Source of the DNA: an uncultured Bacilli bacterium
GTDB taxonomy: Bacteria > Bacillota_I > Bacilli_A > RFN20 > CAG-826
Length of the DNA stretch: 64,000 nucleotides
Assembly (NCBI GenBank): GCA_944349595.1
Contig: CALVNF010000002.1
Span: 175,468 to 239,467, forward strand
Reading direction: 5' to 3'
Of this stretch, positions 1-11,193 are shown piece by piece. Every line of letters begins with the position of its first letter. Within the stretch, counting starts at the first letter, position 1. Made by a program: the position numbers and the translations under genes. The notes beneath the pieces are model-generated. The model was not told the DNA's origin, ran no database searches, and was given only the letters and a program-made list of their open reading frames with translations.

Positions 1-861
1 ATTCCTTTAGCACCACTACATAATAAAGCTCATTTAATTGGAATTAAAGCTTTTGAATCCTTATTGCCACATACTTTAGAAACATTGACATTTGATACTG
101 CTTTTCATCAAACAATGGAACCTCAAGATTACACATTCCCAATTCCATATCATTTAACAGAAACTTATGATATTAGAAGATATGGTGCTCATGGCACTTC
201 TCATCAATATGTTTCTGAAGTTGCAATTAAAAAATACTTAAATAATAAACCTAACAGCAAAATCATTTCTTGTCATTTGGGAAGTGGATCATCAATCACG
301 GCAATTTTAAATGGAAAATGTGTTGCAACATCAATGGGATTAACTCCTCTTGGTGGAATTATGATGGGTACTAGAACTGGAGATTTGGATCCATCTGTTA
401 TGAATTATATTTGCGGACAAACAAAATTAAGTGTTGAAGAAGTTTATCAAATTTTTAATAAACAATCTGGATTTTTAGGAGTTTCTGGTATTTCTAATGA
501 TACAAGAGATGTTGAAAATGCTTATTTTAAAGGCGATAAAAGAGCAAAATTAGCTATTGAATTATTTGCAAGAAGAGCAGCTGATTTTATTGGTCAATAT
601 TTTGTAAGATTAGGTGGTTGTGATTTATTAATTTTTACAGCTGGTATCGGTGAAAACGCTGCTTTATATAGAAAAGCAATTTTAGACAATATTAAAGAAG
701 CTTTAAATATTAAATATGATGAAATAATAAATAATGAAATAATTAAAGGAAAGGAAGGAATTATATCTACTGCTTCTAGTAAAGTTATGGTTGTTGTTAT
801 TCCAACTGATGAAGAGGTAGTTATTGCAAGAGATGCATATAATTTATATAAAAATCAATGA
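1..861 (+). CDS. ackA: Acetate kinase, C-terminal ~287 aa (5' end lies outside the window)
   Basis: Frame 1 is open from nt 1 (IPLAPLHNKAHLIG...), with acetate/propionate kinase motifs and the C-terminus ...VVIPTDEEVVIARDAYNLY. It ends at a TGA inside an ATGA overlap with the next gene. Confidence 0.85.
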   Translation: MPLAPLHNKAHLIGIKAFESLLPHTLETLTFDTAFHQTMEPQDYTFPIPYHLTETYDIRRYGAHGTSHQYVSEVAIKKYLNNKPNSKIISCHLGSGSSITAILNGKCVATSMGLTPLGGIMMGTRTGDLDPSVMNYICGQTKLSVEEVYQIFNKQSGFLGVSGISNDTRDVENAYFKGDKRAKLAIELFARRAADFIGQYFVRLGGCDLLIFTAGIGENAALYRKAILDNIKEALNIKYDEIINNEIIKGKEGIISTASSKVMVVVIPTDEEVVIARDAYNLYKNQ

Positions 862-1841
862 ATCAAGAAATTTTAAATTACTCAAATAAACAAAAAGAAA
901 ATTATGATAAAGTTTTAAAATTAATTAATAAATATAATAAGATTTGTGTTTTTAGACATAGAGTTCCAGATTTTGATGCTTTAGGTACTCAATTGGGTTT
1001 ATATTACTTTTTAAAAGATAATTTTCCTAATAAAGATATAATTTGTGTTGGAGATGATCATAATAAATTCACCCCAAAACTTTATGAAAAAATGCAAATA
1101 ATCCCAGATGAATGGTTTGATGATGAATTTTTAAGTATTGTTGTCGATGCTTCAGATAAATCAAGAGTTTCTGATGAAAGATTTATCAAAGCAAAAGAAA
1201 TTGTTGTTTTTGATCACCATCCATATGTTAAAGATTATAATTGTCTTGCAATTATTGATACTGAAATCGCAGCAGCTAGTGAATTAGTAGCCGATTTTAT
1301 GATATATTCTAATCTTAAAATATTAGAAAAATCTGCTTATTATTTATATTCAGGTCTAGTTGGAGATAGTGGAAGATTTTTATATTCTTCAACTAATCAA
1401 CATACATTTGCAATTGCCGAAGAATTAATTGACAAAAAAATTGATATTAATAAAATTTATAGTTTAATGTATGAACAAGAAATTAATGATTTAAATATTT
1501 TAAGATATATTTTAAATCATTATAAAGTGTCAAAAAACGGCGTTGCTTATTATGTTTTAAAAGAATCAAGAATGAAAAAACTTGGTTTAAATCAAATGAA
1601 TGCTAAAGCTTTTGTAAATACATTTGCAAACATCGAGGGAATTGAAATATGGTGTTCTATTGCTCAAGATGTTGTTTCTAATTGTTATAGAATTTCAATT
1701 AGATCTAAAAAAATAGCTATTAATGGCATTGCAAATAAATATGAAGGCGGAGGCCATGCCCAAGCAAGCGGATGTAAGATTAATTCTTTAAAAGATTTAA
1801 AGAAATTTATTTCAGATTTAGATAATTTAATTATTAAATAA
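858..1841 (+). CDS. nrnA: DHH/DHHA1 phosphoesterase, bifunctional oligoribonuclease / pAp phosphatase NrnA-like
   Basis: 327 aa. Contains the DHH motif (VFDHHP) and the DHHA1 C-terminal GGGHAQASG motif. Confidence 0.75.
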   Translation: MNQEILNYSNKQKENYDKVLKLINKYNKICVFRHRVPDFDALGTQLGLYYFLKDNFPNKDIICVGDDHNKFTPKLYEKMQIIPDEWFDDEFLSIVVDASDKSRVSDERFIKAKEIVVFDHHPYVKDYNCLAIIDTEIAAASELVADFMIYSNLKILEKSAYYLYSGLVGDSGRFLYSSTNQHTFAIAEELIDKKIDINKIYSLMYEQEINDLNILRYILNHYKVSKNGVAYYVLKESRMKKLGLNQMNAKAFVNTFANIEGIEIWCSIAQDVVSNCYRISIRSKKIAINGIANKYEGGGHAQASGCKINSLKDLKKFISDLDNLIIK

Positions 1842-4800
1842 TGAATTTTGTTCCATTACATGTAAATACTTCATATTCTATTTTATCTAGTTGCATAAAA
1901 TTAGATGATTTAATGATGAAATTAAAAAAAGAAAATATTTCATCATGCGCAATAACAGATCAAGATACATTATTAGGCTTTCCAAATTTTTATAATATTT
2001 GTAAAAAAAATAATATAAAACCACTTTTTGGTCTTGATTTAATAATTGATAATAATAAATTTACATTATTAATTAAAAACGAATTAGGATATAAAAACTT
2101 AATTAAATTATCTTATATTAAAAATATAAAATCGGAAAATTTAAATTTTGATGATGTAAAAAAATATCTAAATAATATTGTTTTAATTATTTCAACTCAA
2201 GAATCAGATATTTTTAATAACCCATATGATTCATGGCCATTTTTGTTAAAAAAATATAGTGAACTTTTAAAAGATGATTTTTATATCGGACTTGAATTTT
2301 ATTCTCCAAATGATAAAAATAATGAAGTTTTGCGGGGATTTTTAAAAAAATATCCTTTTAATTATCTTGCATTTCCTCATATTAAATACATTAATCCTCA
2401 AGATGCAATAACAATCGAAATTCAAAATTGCATTAAAGAAAAATTTACTTATTCATTAGATATAGATAAACAAGAAGACATAAAAAGAGTTGGAAAAAAT
2501 TATTTTATGTCCGAAGAAAAAATTAAAGAAATTTATAATAACGAAGAATTAATTAATACAATATTTTTGACAAGTAAATTAAATTTTAACTTTGATATTA
2601 AAAGAGGAAAAATATTAAGATTTTCTACTAATCAACAGCAATCTTCTCAATTAATAAAATCACTTTGTTATGAAAAATTAAAACAATTAAAATTAGATAA
2701 TAATCATAATTATATTGAAAGATTAAATTATGAATTAGATGTTATTGATCGAATGGGATATAACGACTACTTTTTAATTGTTCAAGATTATGTAAATTAT
2801 GCAAAAAATAATGATATTTTAGTCGCTCCTGGAAGAGGTTCTGCTGCTGGTTCTCTTGTTTCTTATCTTTTAAATATCACCGAAGTTGATCCATTAAAAT
2901 ATGATTTACTTTTTGAAAGATTTTTAAATATTGACCGTGTGTCAATGCCTGATATTGATATTGATTTTGAAAATACAAAAAGAGATTTAGTTGTTTCATA
3001 TTTAAAAAATAAGTATGGTCAAGATCGAGTTTGTCAAATCGTAACAATTCAAACTCTAAAAGCAAATCAATCTATTAGAGATATTGGAAGAGTATATAAA
3101 ATTCCACAAGAACATATTGACAATTTATGTAAGAATTTAGATGATAAATTAACATTAAAACAATCTTATGAAAAAAATCCTAAATTAAGAAATTTTGTTA
3201 ATCAAGGAGTAAATGACAAAAACGATTACTATTTAAGAATTTTTTACTTAGCTCAAAAAATTGAAGGATTACCAAGACAACTTGGAATTCATGCCGCAGG
3301 TGTTGTCTTAAACGATGAAAAAATAATTGATGATTTACCACTTATTTATTCAAAAGAATTTAATATAAATTTATCTCAATATGAAATGAATAACTTAGAG
3401 CAACAAGGTTTTTTAAAAATGGATTTATTGGCTCTTAAAAATTTATCAACAATTCATTTCATTTTAGATTTAATTAAAAAGAATAAAAATATTACACTTA
3501 AATTTGAAGATATACCAATTGATGAGCCTGAAATTTATTCAAAATTAATTAATAAAGGCCTAACGATGGGATTATTTCAACTTGAATCAGATGGAATAAA
3601 TAATGCAATTAGTATAATCCAGCCAAATTGTTTTAATGATATTGTTGCAACAATTGCTTTATTTAGACCTGGCCCAATGCAATCAATTCCATTATATGCA
3701 GAAAGAAAGCATAATCTTGAAAAAGATCCAAATTATAAAATTAATTATTATAGTAATGATTTATATGACATTTTAAAATCAACTTATGGAATAATTATTT
3801 ATCAAGAACAAATCCTTCAAATTTGTCAAAAAGTTGCTGGTTTTACTCTTTCAAAAGCTGACATTTTTAGAAGAGCAATTTCAAAAAAGAAAATTAGTGA
3901 AATTGAAAAACTGAAAAAGGATTTTATTGAAGGCTGTTTAAAAAATCATTATAGCTATGAAATTGCGGTTAACTTTTATAATTTAATTGAAAAATTTGCT
4001 GGATATGGTTTTAATAAATCTCATAGTGTATCTTATTCTATGATTACAACAAGACTGGCTTATTTAAAATTAAAATATCCGGAAGAATTTTATATAGCGC
4101 TTCTTCAAACAACAAATAATAGCAATGATGATAAATTTAAGAAATTTATTGACGAAATAACACTTAGAAATATTAAACTAGGTTTACCAGATATTAATTT
4201 AGCAGATAATATTTTTGTTTTAAATAATAATGAAATGATTATGCCACTTTCTTCAATAAAAGGGTTAAATATGGATACAAGAGAAAAAATTTTATTTGAA
4301 AGAAAAAACCATGGACAATTTAAATCATTTTTTGATTTTATCGAAAGAATGTATGAATATAAAGTGTCTCAATCTCAAATACAAAAATTAATTGAAGCGG
4401 GTTGCTTCGACTCATTAATTAAAAATAGAAATGCGCTTTTAGATAAAATCGAGTTGTGTTTTAAATATGCAAATGTAACCTCTAAAACAGGAAATTTATT
4501 TGATGAATCAAATGAAAATGAAATTCAATTTGATGAAAATATATATGAAAATAAGTTTCAAAAAATAATAAATGAAATTAAATTATTAGGCATTGCAATT
4601 TCTGACAATCCTCTTAAATACACAATTATTGATGCAAATAAAAGATTCAAAAATCATATTATTGATATAAAAGATTTAAAATTAAATGAAGTTTCTTATA
4701 TTCATGTCTATATTTCTAGAATTAAAAAATCAAACAAAGATCCAAATAAGATAACTACTTTTTTGAGCGTTTTTGATATAAATAATACTACTTTAGATTG

Positions 4801-4957
4801 CATCATTTTTAATGATACTAGACTTGCAATGAAAGATTACTCAAATCTTGCCGAGGATAAAATCGTTACATTAAAAGGCACACTCTCTCAAAGAAATGAT
4901 AAAAAATCATTTATTGTTGAACAAGGTGAAATTATGGAGATTAAAGAAAATGAATAA
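1841..4957 (+). CDS. dnaE: DNA polymerase III alpha subunit (DnaE-type)
   Basis: 1038 aa. N-terminal PHP domain (MNFVPLHVNTSYSILSS), then polymerase core and an OB-fold region. Confidence 0.9.
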   Translation: MNFVPLHVNTSYSILSSCIKLDDLMMKLKKENISSCAITDQDTLLGFPNFYNICKKNNIKPLFGLDLIIDNNKFTLLIKNELGYKNLIKLSYIKNIKSENLNFDDVKKYLNNIVLIISTQESDIFNNPYDSWPFLLKKYSELLKDDFYIGLEFYSPNDKNNEVLRGFLKKYPFNYLAFPHIKYINPQDAITIEIQNCIKEKFTYSLDIDKQEDIKRVGKNYFMSEEKIKEIYNNEELINTIFLTSKLNFNFDIKRGKILRFSTNQQQSSQLIKSLCYEKLKQLKLDNNHNYIERLNYELDVIDRMGYNDYFLIVQDYVNYAKNNDILVAPGRGSAAGSLVSYLLNITEVDPLKYDLLFERFLNIDRVSMPDIDIDFENTKRDLVVSYLKNKYGQDRVCQIVTIQTLKANQSIRDIGRVYKIPQEHIDNLCKNLDDKLTLKQSYEKNPKLRNFVNQGVNDKNDYYLRIFYLAQKIEGLPRQLGIHAAGVVLNDEKIIDDLPLIYSKEFNINLSQYEMNNLEQQGFLKMDLLALKNLSTIHFILDLIKKNKNITLKFEDIPIDEPEIYSKLINKGLTMGLFQLESDGINNAISIIQPNCFNDIVATIALFRPGPMQSIPLYAERKHNLEKDPNYKINYYSNDLYDILKSTYGIIIYQEQILQICQKVAGFTLSKADIFRRAISKKKISEIEKLKKDFIEGCLKNHYSYEIAVNFYNLIEKFAGYGFNKSHSVSYSMITTRLAYLKLKYPEEFYIALLQTTNNSNDDKFKKFIDEITLRNIKLGLPDINLADNIFVLNNNEMIMPLSSIKGLNMDTREKILFERKNHGQFKSFFDFIERMYEYKVSQSQIQKLIEAGCFDSLIKNRNALLDKIELCFKYANVTSKTGNLFDESNENEIQFDENIYENKFQKIINEIKLLGIAISDNPLKYTIIDANKRFKNHIIDIKDLKLNEVSYIHVYISRIKKSNKDPNKITTFLSVFDINNTTLDCIIFNDTRLAMKDYSNLAEDKIVTLKGTLSQRNDKKSFIVEQGEIMEIKENE

Positions 4958-7526
4958 AATAATAATTATAGATGGCTATTCGATACTATTTAGAGCATAT
5001 TATGCAACGGCATATAAAGGCGAAGATACAATTTTAAAAACTTCTACTGGAATTCCAATTAATGCCATTTTTACTTTTTCAAATATGGTACTTCCACTTT
5101 TATCTAATTTAAATAAAAACGATACTATTTTTGTTGCACTTGATAGTGGAAAAGAAACAAAAAGACATAAAGAATTTGCTGAATATAAGGCAAATAGACC
5201 TTCATGTCCTGAATCTTTAAAAATTCAAATGCCAATTTTAAGAGAACTTTTAGAAGCATTTAATATTCCTTTTTTTGAACAAGAAGGTGATGAAGCTGAT
5301 GATATTGCTGGTAGTGTTGCCAAAATGTCAAATGAACACAATTATAATGTTGAAATTTATACTAGTGATAAAGATTATCTACAATTAGTCAATAATAAAA
5401 CTTCAATATCTTTAATAAAAAAAGGCATGAAAGACATTCAAAAAGTAAATTTTGACAACTTTTATAACTTATACGACATGTTTCCAGAACAAATTAAAGA
5501 TTATAAAGGTTTAAGAGGGGATTCAAGTGATAATTTAAAAGGAATTCCTGGAATTGGAGAAAAAACTGCAATTACATTATTAAAAAAATATAATAATTTA
5601 GAAAATATCATTAATAATGCTCAAGAAATTGGCGGAAAATTATCACTTAAAATTATTGAAAATAAAGATAGTGGCATTTTATGTAAAAAATTAGCAACAA
5701 TTGATGTGGATTTGAATTTACCATTCAATTTTGAAGATATTTTATTTAAAGGAATTGATTTTAAAAAAGCAACGAACTTTTTAAATAAATATGAAATGAA
5801 AAGCTTAGTTAATAAAATTTCTAATATTGAAACAGAAATCACAAAACATGAAATAATAGAAAATTTTAATTTTGAAGAAGTAAATAATATTCCGGAGATT
5901 AATGACAAAGAAATTGGAATTTCTTTAAATTATGATTATACTTCAAATTACCACAACTGCGATATTTCAGGGTTTTTTATATCAACAAAAAACGCGAATT
6001 ATTATATTAAATATGATAATGCGATTTTAGATAAAAACTTTAAAAATATTTTACAAAATAGCGATATTAAAAAAGACTGTTTTAATTATAAAGCAATTGG
6101 ATATATATTAAAAAAGAATAATATAAATTTAAATGGAATAAATTGTGACTTATTATTATGTTCTTATTTATTAAATTCAAACAATTCTAGTGATGTTAAA
6201 ACAACCTTTTTATTTTTTGATAAGACTGATATAGATCCAAAAATTGATCAATTTAATTCATCGTTAAAAATTTCAATATATTCAAGACTTTTAAGCAATA
6301 AAATTCTTGATGATTTAAAAAATAAAGATGATTTTAATTTATATGAAAATATTGAGTTACCACTTTCTAAATGTTTATTAAATATGGAATATGAAGGATT
6401 TCCATTAAATAAACAAACATTATTAAATATTGCAAAAAATTATCAAGACAAACTAGATATATTAACTCACGATATTTATCAACTTGCTGGATGTGAATTT
6501 AATATCGATTCCCCAAAACAAGTTAGTAATTTATTATTTAATGTTTTACAATTAAAATCTAATAGAAAGTCGTCAACTTCTATTGATTATTTAAAATATT
6601 TAGTTGATGAACATCCTATAGTTGAAAAAATTTTGTCTTATCGAAAATATGCAAAATTATTAAACACTTATGTAAATGGTTTATTAAACTATATTGGAAA
6701 AGATAATAAAATTCATTGTATCTTTAACCAAGCTCAAACAACTACTGGAAGATTATCATCTAGTGAGCCAAATATGCAAAATATTGCCGTTAGAGATGAA
6801 GAATCAAAAGAAATTAGGAAAGCATTCTTCTATGATAATGATTTATATTACATATTATCTTATGATTATTCTCAAATTGAATTAAGAATTTTAGCTTCTC
6901 TGTCAAAATGTAAAAATTTAATAGATGCTTTTAATTCAAACATCGATATACATACCTTAACTGCTCAAAAAATATTTAATAAATTGGAAATTAACGAGCA
7001 AGAAAGAAGAAAGGCAAAAGCTGTCAATTTTGGAATAGTATATGGAATTTCTGATTACGGATTAAAAGAGCAAATTAATGTACCATTAAAAGAAGCAAAA
7101 GAAATAATAAATAAGTTTTATGAAACTTATCCAGAAATTAAAACATATATGCAAAATCAAATTGAATTTGCTACAAAAAATGGATATGTAAAAACAATAT
7201 TTAATAGAAAAAGATTTATTGAAGAAATAAATTCCCCTAATTATAGTAAAAGAGAATTTGCAAAAAGGGCCGCTTGTAATGCGCCAATTCAAGGCAGCGC
7301 TGCCGATATTATAAAAATTATAATGACTAAAATTGACAAATTACTTAAAAATTATGACTCAAAATTAGTTCTTCAAATTCATGATGAACTAATATTTAAA
7401 ATTAATAAAAATGAACTTGAAGAATTAAAAACAAAAATCAAAGACATCATGGAAAATACAATTAAATTAGATGTCAAATTAACAGTTGATGGAGGATATG
7501 CCAAAGATTGGTATAGTGTGAAATAA
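4950..7526 (+). CDS. polA: DNA polymerase I (5'-3' exonuclease + polymerase)
   Basis: Starts MNKIIIIDGYSILFRAYYA (5'-nuclease), with a Pol A-family polymerase C-terminus (RRKAKAVNFGIVYG, ...QIHDELIF). The ATG at 4950 is chosen over the upstream in-frame ATG at 4896, which would overlap the dnaE 3' end. Confidence 0.9.
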   Translation: MNKIIIIDGYSILFRAYYATAYKGEDTILKTSTGIPINAIFTFSNMVLPLLSNLNKNDTIFVALDSGKETKRHKEFAEYKANRPSCPESLKIQMPILRELLEAFNIPFFEQEGDEADDIAGSVAKMSNEHNYNVEIYTSDKDYLQLVNNKTSISLIKKGMKDIQKVNFDNFYNLYDMFPEQIKDYKGLRGDSSDNLKGIPGIGEKTAITLLKKYNNLENIINNAQEIGGKLSLKIIENKDSGILCKKLATIDVDLNLPFNFEDILFKGIDFKKATNFLNKYEMKSLVNKISNIETEITKHEIIENFNFEEVNNIPEINDKEIGISLNYDYTSNYHNCDISGFFISTKNANYYIKYDNAILDKNFKNILQNSDIKKDCFNYKAIGYILKKNNINLNGINCDLLLCSYLLNSNNSSDVKTTFLFFDKTDIDPKIDQFNSSLKISIYSRLLSNKILDDLKNKDDFNLYENIELPLSKCLLNMEYEGFPLNKQTLLNIAKNYQDKLDILTHDIYQLAGCEFNIDSPKQVSNLLFNVLQLKSNRKSSTSIDYLKYLVDEHPIVEKILSYRKYAKLLNTYVNGLLNYIGKDNKIHCIFNQAQTTTGRLSSSEPNMQNIAVRDEESKEIRKAFFYDNDLYYILSYDYSQIELRILASLSKCKNLIDAFNSNIDIHTLTAQKIFNKLEINEQERRKAKAVNFGIVYGISDYGLKEQINVPLKEAKEIINKFYETYPEIKTYMQNQIEFATKNGYVKTIFNRKRFIEEINSPNYSKREFAKRAACNAPIQGSAADIIKIIMTKIDKLLKNYDSKLVLQIHDELIFKINKNELEELKTKIKDIMENTIKLDVKLTVDGGYAKDWYSVK

Positions 7527-8929
7527 TGCCAGAATTACCAGAGGTTAGAACCGTTGTTGCCATATTAAATAATGAAGTTATTGGCAAAAAAATTAAAAAT
7601 GTAGAAATTATTTATGAGAGAATTGTCCAAAATGATTTAAATTTTTTTAAAGATGAATTAAAAGATCAAAGTATTATAAAAGTTGAAGCATTAGGAAAAT
7701 TTATCATATTTCATTTAACAAATAATCTTATTTTAATTTCACATTTAAGAATGGAAGGTAAATATTCTTTACTTAACAAAGATGAAAAAAATCCTCCTCA
7801 CTCTTGTGTAATTTTTTATTTTTATGATAATACAAAACTTGTTTATCACGATACAAGAAAATTTGGAATAATGGAATTAAAAACAACTTATAATTATTTA
7901 ACTTCAAAACCACTTTCTAATCTTGGACCAGAACCTTTTAAAATAGATGAAAATAATATTGAAAATATCTATAAAAAAATAACTAAAAATAAACCAATAA
8001 AAGAATTATTAATGGATCAAAGTATTATTTGTGGTATTGGCAATATTTATGCAGATGAAATATTATTTAAAGCAAAAATTAATCCTCTAACAAAAGGAAA
8101 AGATATTTCTTTTGAAAAATTTAAAGAAATTGTCTCAATATCAAAATCTACTCTAACAAAAGCAATAAATTTAGGTGGCTCAACTATTAAATCTTACCAT
8201 CCAAAAGATGGAATTGATGGAAAATTTCAAAACGAACTAGTTTGTTATGGACATTATGGAAAACCTTGTCCAAATTGTGGGACTTTATTTCATAAAATAT
8301 TTTTAAATGGTCGAGGAACTACTTTTTGCCCAAATTGTCAAATAAATTATGAACTAAAAAAAGCAGTTGGAATAACTGGAATTATAGGTTCAGGAAAAAG
8401 TGAATGCTTAGAAATATTTAATGAACTCGGTTTTAAAACGCTTTCTTGTGATAAAATTATAAAAAATTTATACGAAAATAATGATGAATTAAAACAAAAA
8501 ATTAATAAATTATTTTTTTATAAGGCACTAGATAAAAACAAAAATAAATTAAATTATTCAATTATGAGACAATTTATTTCTCAAGATGAAATTTTGCATG
8601 AAAATTTGGAAAATTTGGTATTTCCATTTGTTGAAGATGTTTTAATTAATGAAATTAAAAATTCAAATTATACTCTTATAATTGAAGTTCCACTCCTTTT
8701 TAAGGCGCATTTGCAGTATCTTTTTAAAAAGATAATATATGTAGAATCTAATAAAGAAACAATATTAGAAAGGTTAAAATTAAGAGGTTCAAAAAATCCA
8801 TTAGCAGACTATGAACTTTATTTAAAGAATAATAACTTTAAAATTTCTGATAATGTAATTATTTTAAAAAATAATTCAGATCTTAATAGCTTAAAAGAAC
8901 AAATAATAAAAATTAGTAAAGACCTTTAA
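7526..8929 (+). CDS. Formamidopyrimidine-DNA glycosylase (Fpg/MutM) fused in frame to dephospho-CoA kinase (CoaE)
   Basis: N-terminal MPELPEVRT and the zinc finger CPNCG...CPNCQ (~aa 1-275), then AVGITGIIGSGKSECLEIFNELGF..SCDKI, the CoaE P-loop and fold. This is one continuous 467-aa ORF. Confidence 0.8.
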   Translation: MPELPEVRTVVAILNNEVIGKKIKNVEIIYERIVQNDLNFFKDELKDQSIIKVEALGKFIIFHLTNNLILISHLRMEGKYSLLNKDEKNPPHSCVIFYFYDNTKLVYHDTRKFGIMELKTTYNYLTSKPLSNLGPEPFKIDENNIENIYKKITKNKPIKELLMDQSIICGIGNIYADEILFKAKINPLTKGKDISFEKFKEIVSISKSTLTKAINLGGSTIKSYHPKDGIDGKFQNELVCYGHYGKPCPNCGTLFHKIFLNGRGTTFCPNCQINYELKKAVGITGIIGSGKSECLEIFNELGFKTLSCDKIIKNLYENNDELKQKINKLFFYKALDKNKNKLNYSIMRQFISQDEILHENLENLVFPFVEDVLINEIKNSNYTLIIEVPLLFKAHLQYLFKKIIYVESNKETILERLKLRGSKNPLADYELYLKNNNFKISDNVIILKNNSDLNSLKEQIIKISKDL

Positions 8930-9836
8930 TTCCATCGATTTTCATCTCTTTAAATGTATTTTTAAATACATTTATGAGAGATTTATTTTTTAATGATTTA
9001 TAATCTTTGGTTGAAAAACTATTTATAGTATTTTCAATATCATAATCGCTGATAATAATTGTTAATAATCCATTTTTAATTCTTTCATTTAATATAGGAA
9101 TTAAGATTGTATCTCTTTTATAATCATTAAACGAACAATATGAAAAATTATCTAACACTAAAACTGAACAAGTTTTATATTCTTTTAATAAATCATTAAA
9201 TTTAATTTTGTCAATAAATGATAAGTCATTCAATTCTTGAATTCTTGATACACAATCTGCATATATACCATTAATTTTATTTTCCATTAAATATTCATTA
9301 AAAAATTTACTAACAAGAAAAGATTTACCACTTTTTTTGTCACCATATATAAAATAAAATTTATTTCCTTTTTTCTTTTTAACAACTTTAAAAAATTCTG
9401 TTATTACATTTAGTTTTGTACCTGAACAATCATCAAAAGTTGATTTTTTTAAATCGCTTAAATCAAATTGAATATCATTAATTAAAAATAAGGAATTTCT
9501 TAATGATATCTCTTTATAGAATTTACAAAAGTCATACTCTAAATAAATTGTTTTATTTTCATATTTTAAAATTGGGCAAAACCACATATTTTTTAATTTA
9601 CAACTATTAAAATCTCTGCAATTCTTACATATTTTTGTTTCATTATCATAATTGATAAACAAATTAATATTTTTTGCAACTTCAAAATTGGATATATTAT
9701 TTTCTTCTATAAAATTAATTATATCTTCATTTTTTAAAGCTTTATTAACAATATCTTGATTAGATTCTTGTTTATCGTTTAATTTAGATAAAAATTCATT
9801 ATCAATTAATTTAACAATTTCTTCACTCTTCATCAT
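8913..9836 (-). CDS. dnaI: Primosomal helicase-loader DnaI-like AAA+ protein
   Basis: 307 aa. N-terminal Cys-rich Zn-binding region (CKNCRDFNSC...CPIL), C-terminal Walker A GDKKSGKSF in an IstB/DnaC-like domain. It is co-oriented with and overlaps the upstream DnaB-like gene, as in the Bacillus dnaB-dnaI pair. Confidence 0.6.
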   Translation of the reverse strand: MMKSEEIVKLIDNEFLSKLNDKQESNQDIVNKALKNEDIINFIEENNISNFEVAKNINLFINYDNETKICKNCRDFNSCKLKNMWFCPILKYENKTIYLEYDFCKFYKEISLRNSLFLINDIQFDLSDLKKSTFDDCSGTKLNVITEFFKVVKKKKGNKFYFIYGDKKSGKSFLVSKFFNEYLMENKINGIYADCVSRIQELNDLSFIDKIKFNDLLKEYKTCSVLVLDNFSYCSFNDYKRDTILIPILNERIKNGLLTIIISDYDIENTINSFSTKDYKSLKNKSLINVFKNTFKEMKIDGIKGLY

Positions 9837-11082
9837 TTAATGCCTTCAATATTTCTTCAGTTGTATATATTTTTTTATCATCAATGTCTGTATCTTTTTT
9901 ATTTGTTTTATCAATAGATTTGTTTAAAATTTTTTTGTCAATATTTAACGTGTTATTTTTATTATTTTCAGAATTTAGTTTCTGTAAGAACATGATCGAA
10001 TCATATGCGCTATTTATATCATTTCTTAATAAAGTTGCGCCTATTTTTTCCATGAAATTTAAGTTAAGCAAGCCTTTATTTTTTTCTAAAGTATAGTCAA
10101 CAATTGCATTAATAACTCCATTTGCCAAACCTAAATCTAATTTCAATTTTTCCAATATTTTTAAATCAGAATGTATTGGATTAACATTATTCTGTTTTAT
10201 TTTTAAATAGTTATAAGGATCTAGTTTTTCCATATAATCAATTTTTTTAGATAAATCAGTTGAACTTGAAATCTTATATTTCTTTGTTTTTTGTTTTTTA
10301 ATATTTGCAAAAACAATTGAATCATAGCACTTACTTTTTACTAAATCTAAATCGATTTTTTTATCTTTTGAATAAAAATCAATGCAATTCATGACTATAT
10401 CAGCCATTAAAATTTCAGATAATCCATATAGATTAGCTAATTTTGCAAAATATTTAAGTTCTTCTTTTGTAAAGAAGTCATCTTTTAATTTATACTTTTC
10501 TTGAATTATTTTTTTAAAATAATCATAATCAAAATTCATTGGAGAATCTTTTGTTTTAACTTGCAAAAGAAACTCATTATTTTCTGGATTATAATCAAAA
10601 TCATTTGAATCTACATCAACATCAAATACTTCATCAAAGCGTGATGTTATTTCTTTAAAATTAGTTCTGTCAATTTTATTTGAAAATTCTTTTTTAATTT
10701 GTTCAACTTTATTTGAACCAATCGATCTTACTAATAATCCTTTTAATAAAACATCATCAAAAAAATTAATTGGGGATTTTGGAGAATAAACAACTTCTAA
10801 TAAAACATTGTCTTTAACATAACTTTTGATTAAACCTACTGCTTCTAATATTTTTCTTGCATTATTAAAATCATCTAAATTAAATTTTAAAGACATTAAT
10901 AAATTACTTAATTCATTTTCTTTTTCATTTAAATGAATTTTATATGTGTATAAAAAATATAAGCTTAAAGCATTACATCCAATTATTGGTAAATATAATT
11001 TTGCAATAATCATTTCGCCTATGTTAGATAAGATAGAATTTGTATCTAATTTTATTAAAAAATCTTCATTAATTTTTTCCAT
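9823..11082 (-). CDS. Replication initiation / membrane attachment protein (B. subtilis DnaB / DnaD-domain family)
   Basis: 419 aa. Gene position immediately 5' of dnaI. The DnaD-like C-terminal region is weakly recognisable only. Confidence 0.45.
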   Translation of the reverse strand: MEKINEDFLIKLDTNSILSNIGEMIIAKLYLPIIGCNALSLYFLYTYKIHLNEKENELSNLLMSLKFNLDDFNNARKILEAVGLIKSYVKDNVLLEVVYSPKSPINFFDDVLLKGLLVRSIGSNKVEQIKKEFSNKIDRTNFKEITSRFDEVFDVDVDSNDFDYNPENNEFLLQVKTKDSPMNFDYDYFKKIIQEKYKLKDDFFTKEELKYFAKLANLYGLSEILMADIVMNCIDFYSKDKKIDLDLVKSKCYDSIVFANIKKQKTKKYKISSSTDLSKKIDYMEKLDPYNYLKIKQNNVNPIHSDLKILEKLKLDLGLANGVINAIVDYTLEKNKGLLNLNFMEKIGATLLRNDINSAYDSIMFLQKLNSENNKNNTLNIDKKILNKSIDKTNKKDTDIDDKKIYTTEEILKALNDEE

Positions 11083-11193
11083 AACAATATATTAACATAA
11101 AATGATTTAAGAAATATAAAATGAATTGTTATATTTTTAAAAAAAATATAAAAAATATGTTAATATATTTAAGTAATTAGGAGAGACAAAATA

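Noticed and set aside
858-861. TGA read as tryptophan (Mycoplasma/Spiroplasma code 4)
   Set aside because: ackA and the first ABC exporter both terminate at TGA at conserved C-termini inside ATGA overlaps. All Trp positions inspected use TGG, and tRNA-Trp has anticodon CCA.
2877-3065. Short antisense ORFs from the six-frame track (e.g. 2877-3065, 5621-5908, 7086-7292, 11310-11588, 12288-12617, 31400-31660, 58303-58690)
   Set aside because: Each lies entirely inside a long opposite-strand gene with strong motif support. The products are low-complexity and AT-codon-driven (F/I/L/K/N-rich) with no SD or promoter. They are statistical ORFs.
4896-4949. Upstream in-frame ATG (4896) as the polA start
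   Set aside because: It would overlap the last 20 codons of dnaE and lacks an SD. MNKIIIIDGYS at 4950 matches the conserved Pol I N-terminus.
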